Source: Tubiluchus corallicola
Taxonomy: Eukaryota; Animalia; Priapulida
NCBI GenBank assembly: GCA_030141605.1
Contig: JAQGDQ010002377.1
Span: 124,001-188,000, forward strand
DNA length: 64,000 nt
Reading direction: 5' to 3'
This document shows, piece by piece, positions 62,376 through 64,000 of this stretch (positions are counted from its first letter, which is position 1; every line of letters starts with the position of its first letter). The notes below the pieces were generated by a model. It was not told the origin of the DNA. It was given only the letters and a program-made list of their open reading frames with translations, and did no database searches. The position numbers were made by a program, and so were the translations under genes.

Positions 62376-64000
62376 AATCGTGGGTCGAATTCCCTTTTTG
62401 CAATGGGTCGATGGTAATAATCCACATTTATTTCAATTAACCAAAGTCAGCCATATTGTCAATAAAACCTGGTAATTTTTGTTAACAGGTTATTTTTAAG
62501 GCAACATCCTTTGGTAACATCATCTAAATGACAACTCCTTTCCTGTACAGAGCATTTAATTTTGTAAAAAGTACGAGCAAACTTGACTTGACTTTTTTTA
62601 TAAAGTATTATATTTATATTATTGTATCTCCATAAAAATGCTATGCCATAAAAACTACATAACAAAAGATCGGTTACACAAGCCAAATACAATGAGAACA
62701 GATTTTAAGTTACATAAATTTTTGAAATTTCCGTTTCTGCATTACTAAAATTGTGTCTGCAAGGCTTTATAGAATTTTGATTTATCTATGTATAGGCCTC
62801 AAAGTAAGCTGTTAACTTTTTCCTTCGCTTTTGGATATAATATAGCATGCATTATTAGTGCACATGTAGTAGAATATCAGTGCAGTTCCTATTAAGTAAA
62901 AATAGGAACATTAAAGGCCTATATAATCCCTACAGACATTGAAATTTTTTTAACACATTATTATGGTAAAGCAAAGAAGTCGTAGTTATTATTATTAAAA
63001 AAACATAAATTAAATAACTTACCTTTTTCTGGCGAATTTTGAATGCATACATCGCCATGTTTCGTGTCTTTGGCGCAAGTGAGCAAAAATGATGTACGAG
63101 ATACAAAAAGCGTCTTTGGTTACCGATATTTGGTGACTGTGTGACTGTACTCATTAAGTTGTTAATTTAATATGGCTGACAATCAAGTGATAAAAAATTA
63201 AGAGTGACGAGTTTTACAGTAAGTTTATAATAAAATAAATTGAATATTCATATTGAGAGTAGGATATTAAGTTGTAAAAGCGTATATAATAGTGAGGGTT
63301 TAGTTTGACTTTAATGAAGTGAGAGCATGCGTGCTGGTTAACTACACAATCATTATCACCACATTTGTTGAACATGCATATACACTAAAATTTGATCTGT
63401 GCATTGCGTCAATGTGTCGGGATTGGCAAAAACATATAATCTGAATTTATGTTTAGAAAACGTTCGACAAGAGCAGTGACATTTTTGGGTTTTTATTCTT
63501 CATAGGAGTTTTCTTTTCTAATAGCACAAAAATTAAAGCATAAACAATTATCACACCACAATCAAATCAACATGCGATTCCTGAAAATCAAATCAAACTG
63601 CCTGTGGTTGTGATTAAACATTCAATTTTTTCGTTCTTAACTCCGCACCACGGTTTAACGGCAAGATGCAGTATCTGCAGCTTCCGTAATACAAGCTTAC
63701 GTAGTGCTATGTATGTTAAAGGTTTCCCCTGATCATGTGTATGTGGGAAATACGCAAGTTCCTAAAGCTAGTAAAAGAATTCTTGAACAGAAATTTTTCG
63801 CCGAGAGTGCCAAAAATCCTAATACACATGCTGTCTGAAATATTTTTTCAGTTAAAATTTAATACATTTGAACATTAAAAAAAATTTACTTGTTTGTATT
63901 ACCAAAAAGGCAAATTAATGCTTAGCAAAAGCTATTCTGTGCTGAACGGAAGTATAATAGCTGATTTCTCACGGCATGTGCTGATCGACCAAAATTAAGC

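Noticed and set aside
1-64000. tRNA, rRNA or nested protein-coding genes
   Set aside because: No recognisable tRNA/rRNA motifs or second exon chain seen by eye; a tRNAscan/Infernal run would be needed to exclude small RNAs

Overview
AT-rich, intron-rich animal (invertebrate-like) genomic DNA; not prokaryotic. Two protein-coding genes lie in tandem on the + strand. (1) The 3' part of an axonemal inner-arm dynein heavy chain, DNAH3-like: 45 exons from 23 to 50430, about 2435 aa from AAA2 to the C-terminus, with every intron phase consistent when I spliced it by hand. (2) The 5' part of a CBP/p300 acetyltransferase gene: 9 coding exons from 53764 to 61776 (NLS-like N-terminus, LxxLL, TAZ1, KIX), preceded by a CpG-enriched promoter with YY1, E-box, NRF1-like and ETS-like sites. 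Introns and the spacer hold many decayed transposons (hAT with 8-bp TSDs, Tigger/pogo, Harbinger-like, foldback MITEs, CR1/L2/RTE/Rex LINE fragments), minisatellites and microsatellites. I found no convincing new multi-gene system. The most unusual signals concern splicing: two obligatory GAG acceptors, exons that begin with a full 5' splice-site motif (re-splicing candidates, one in-frame in CBP with a 10-bp direct repeat across the intron), a U12-like donor, and a copy of CBP exon-2 sequence in the preceding intron. Family assignments come from remembered motifs, not database searches.
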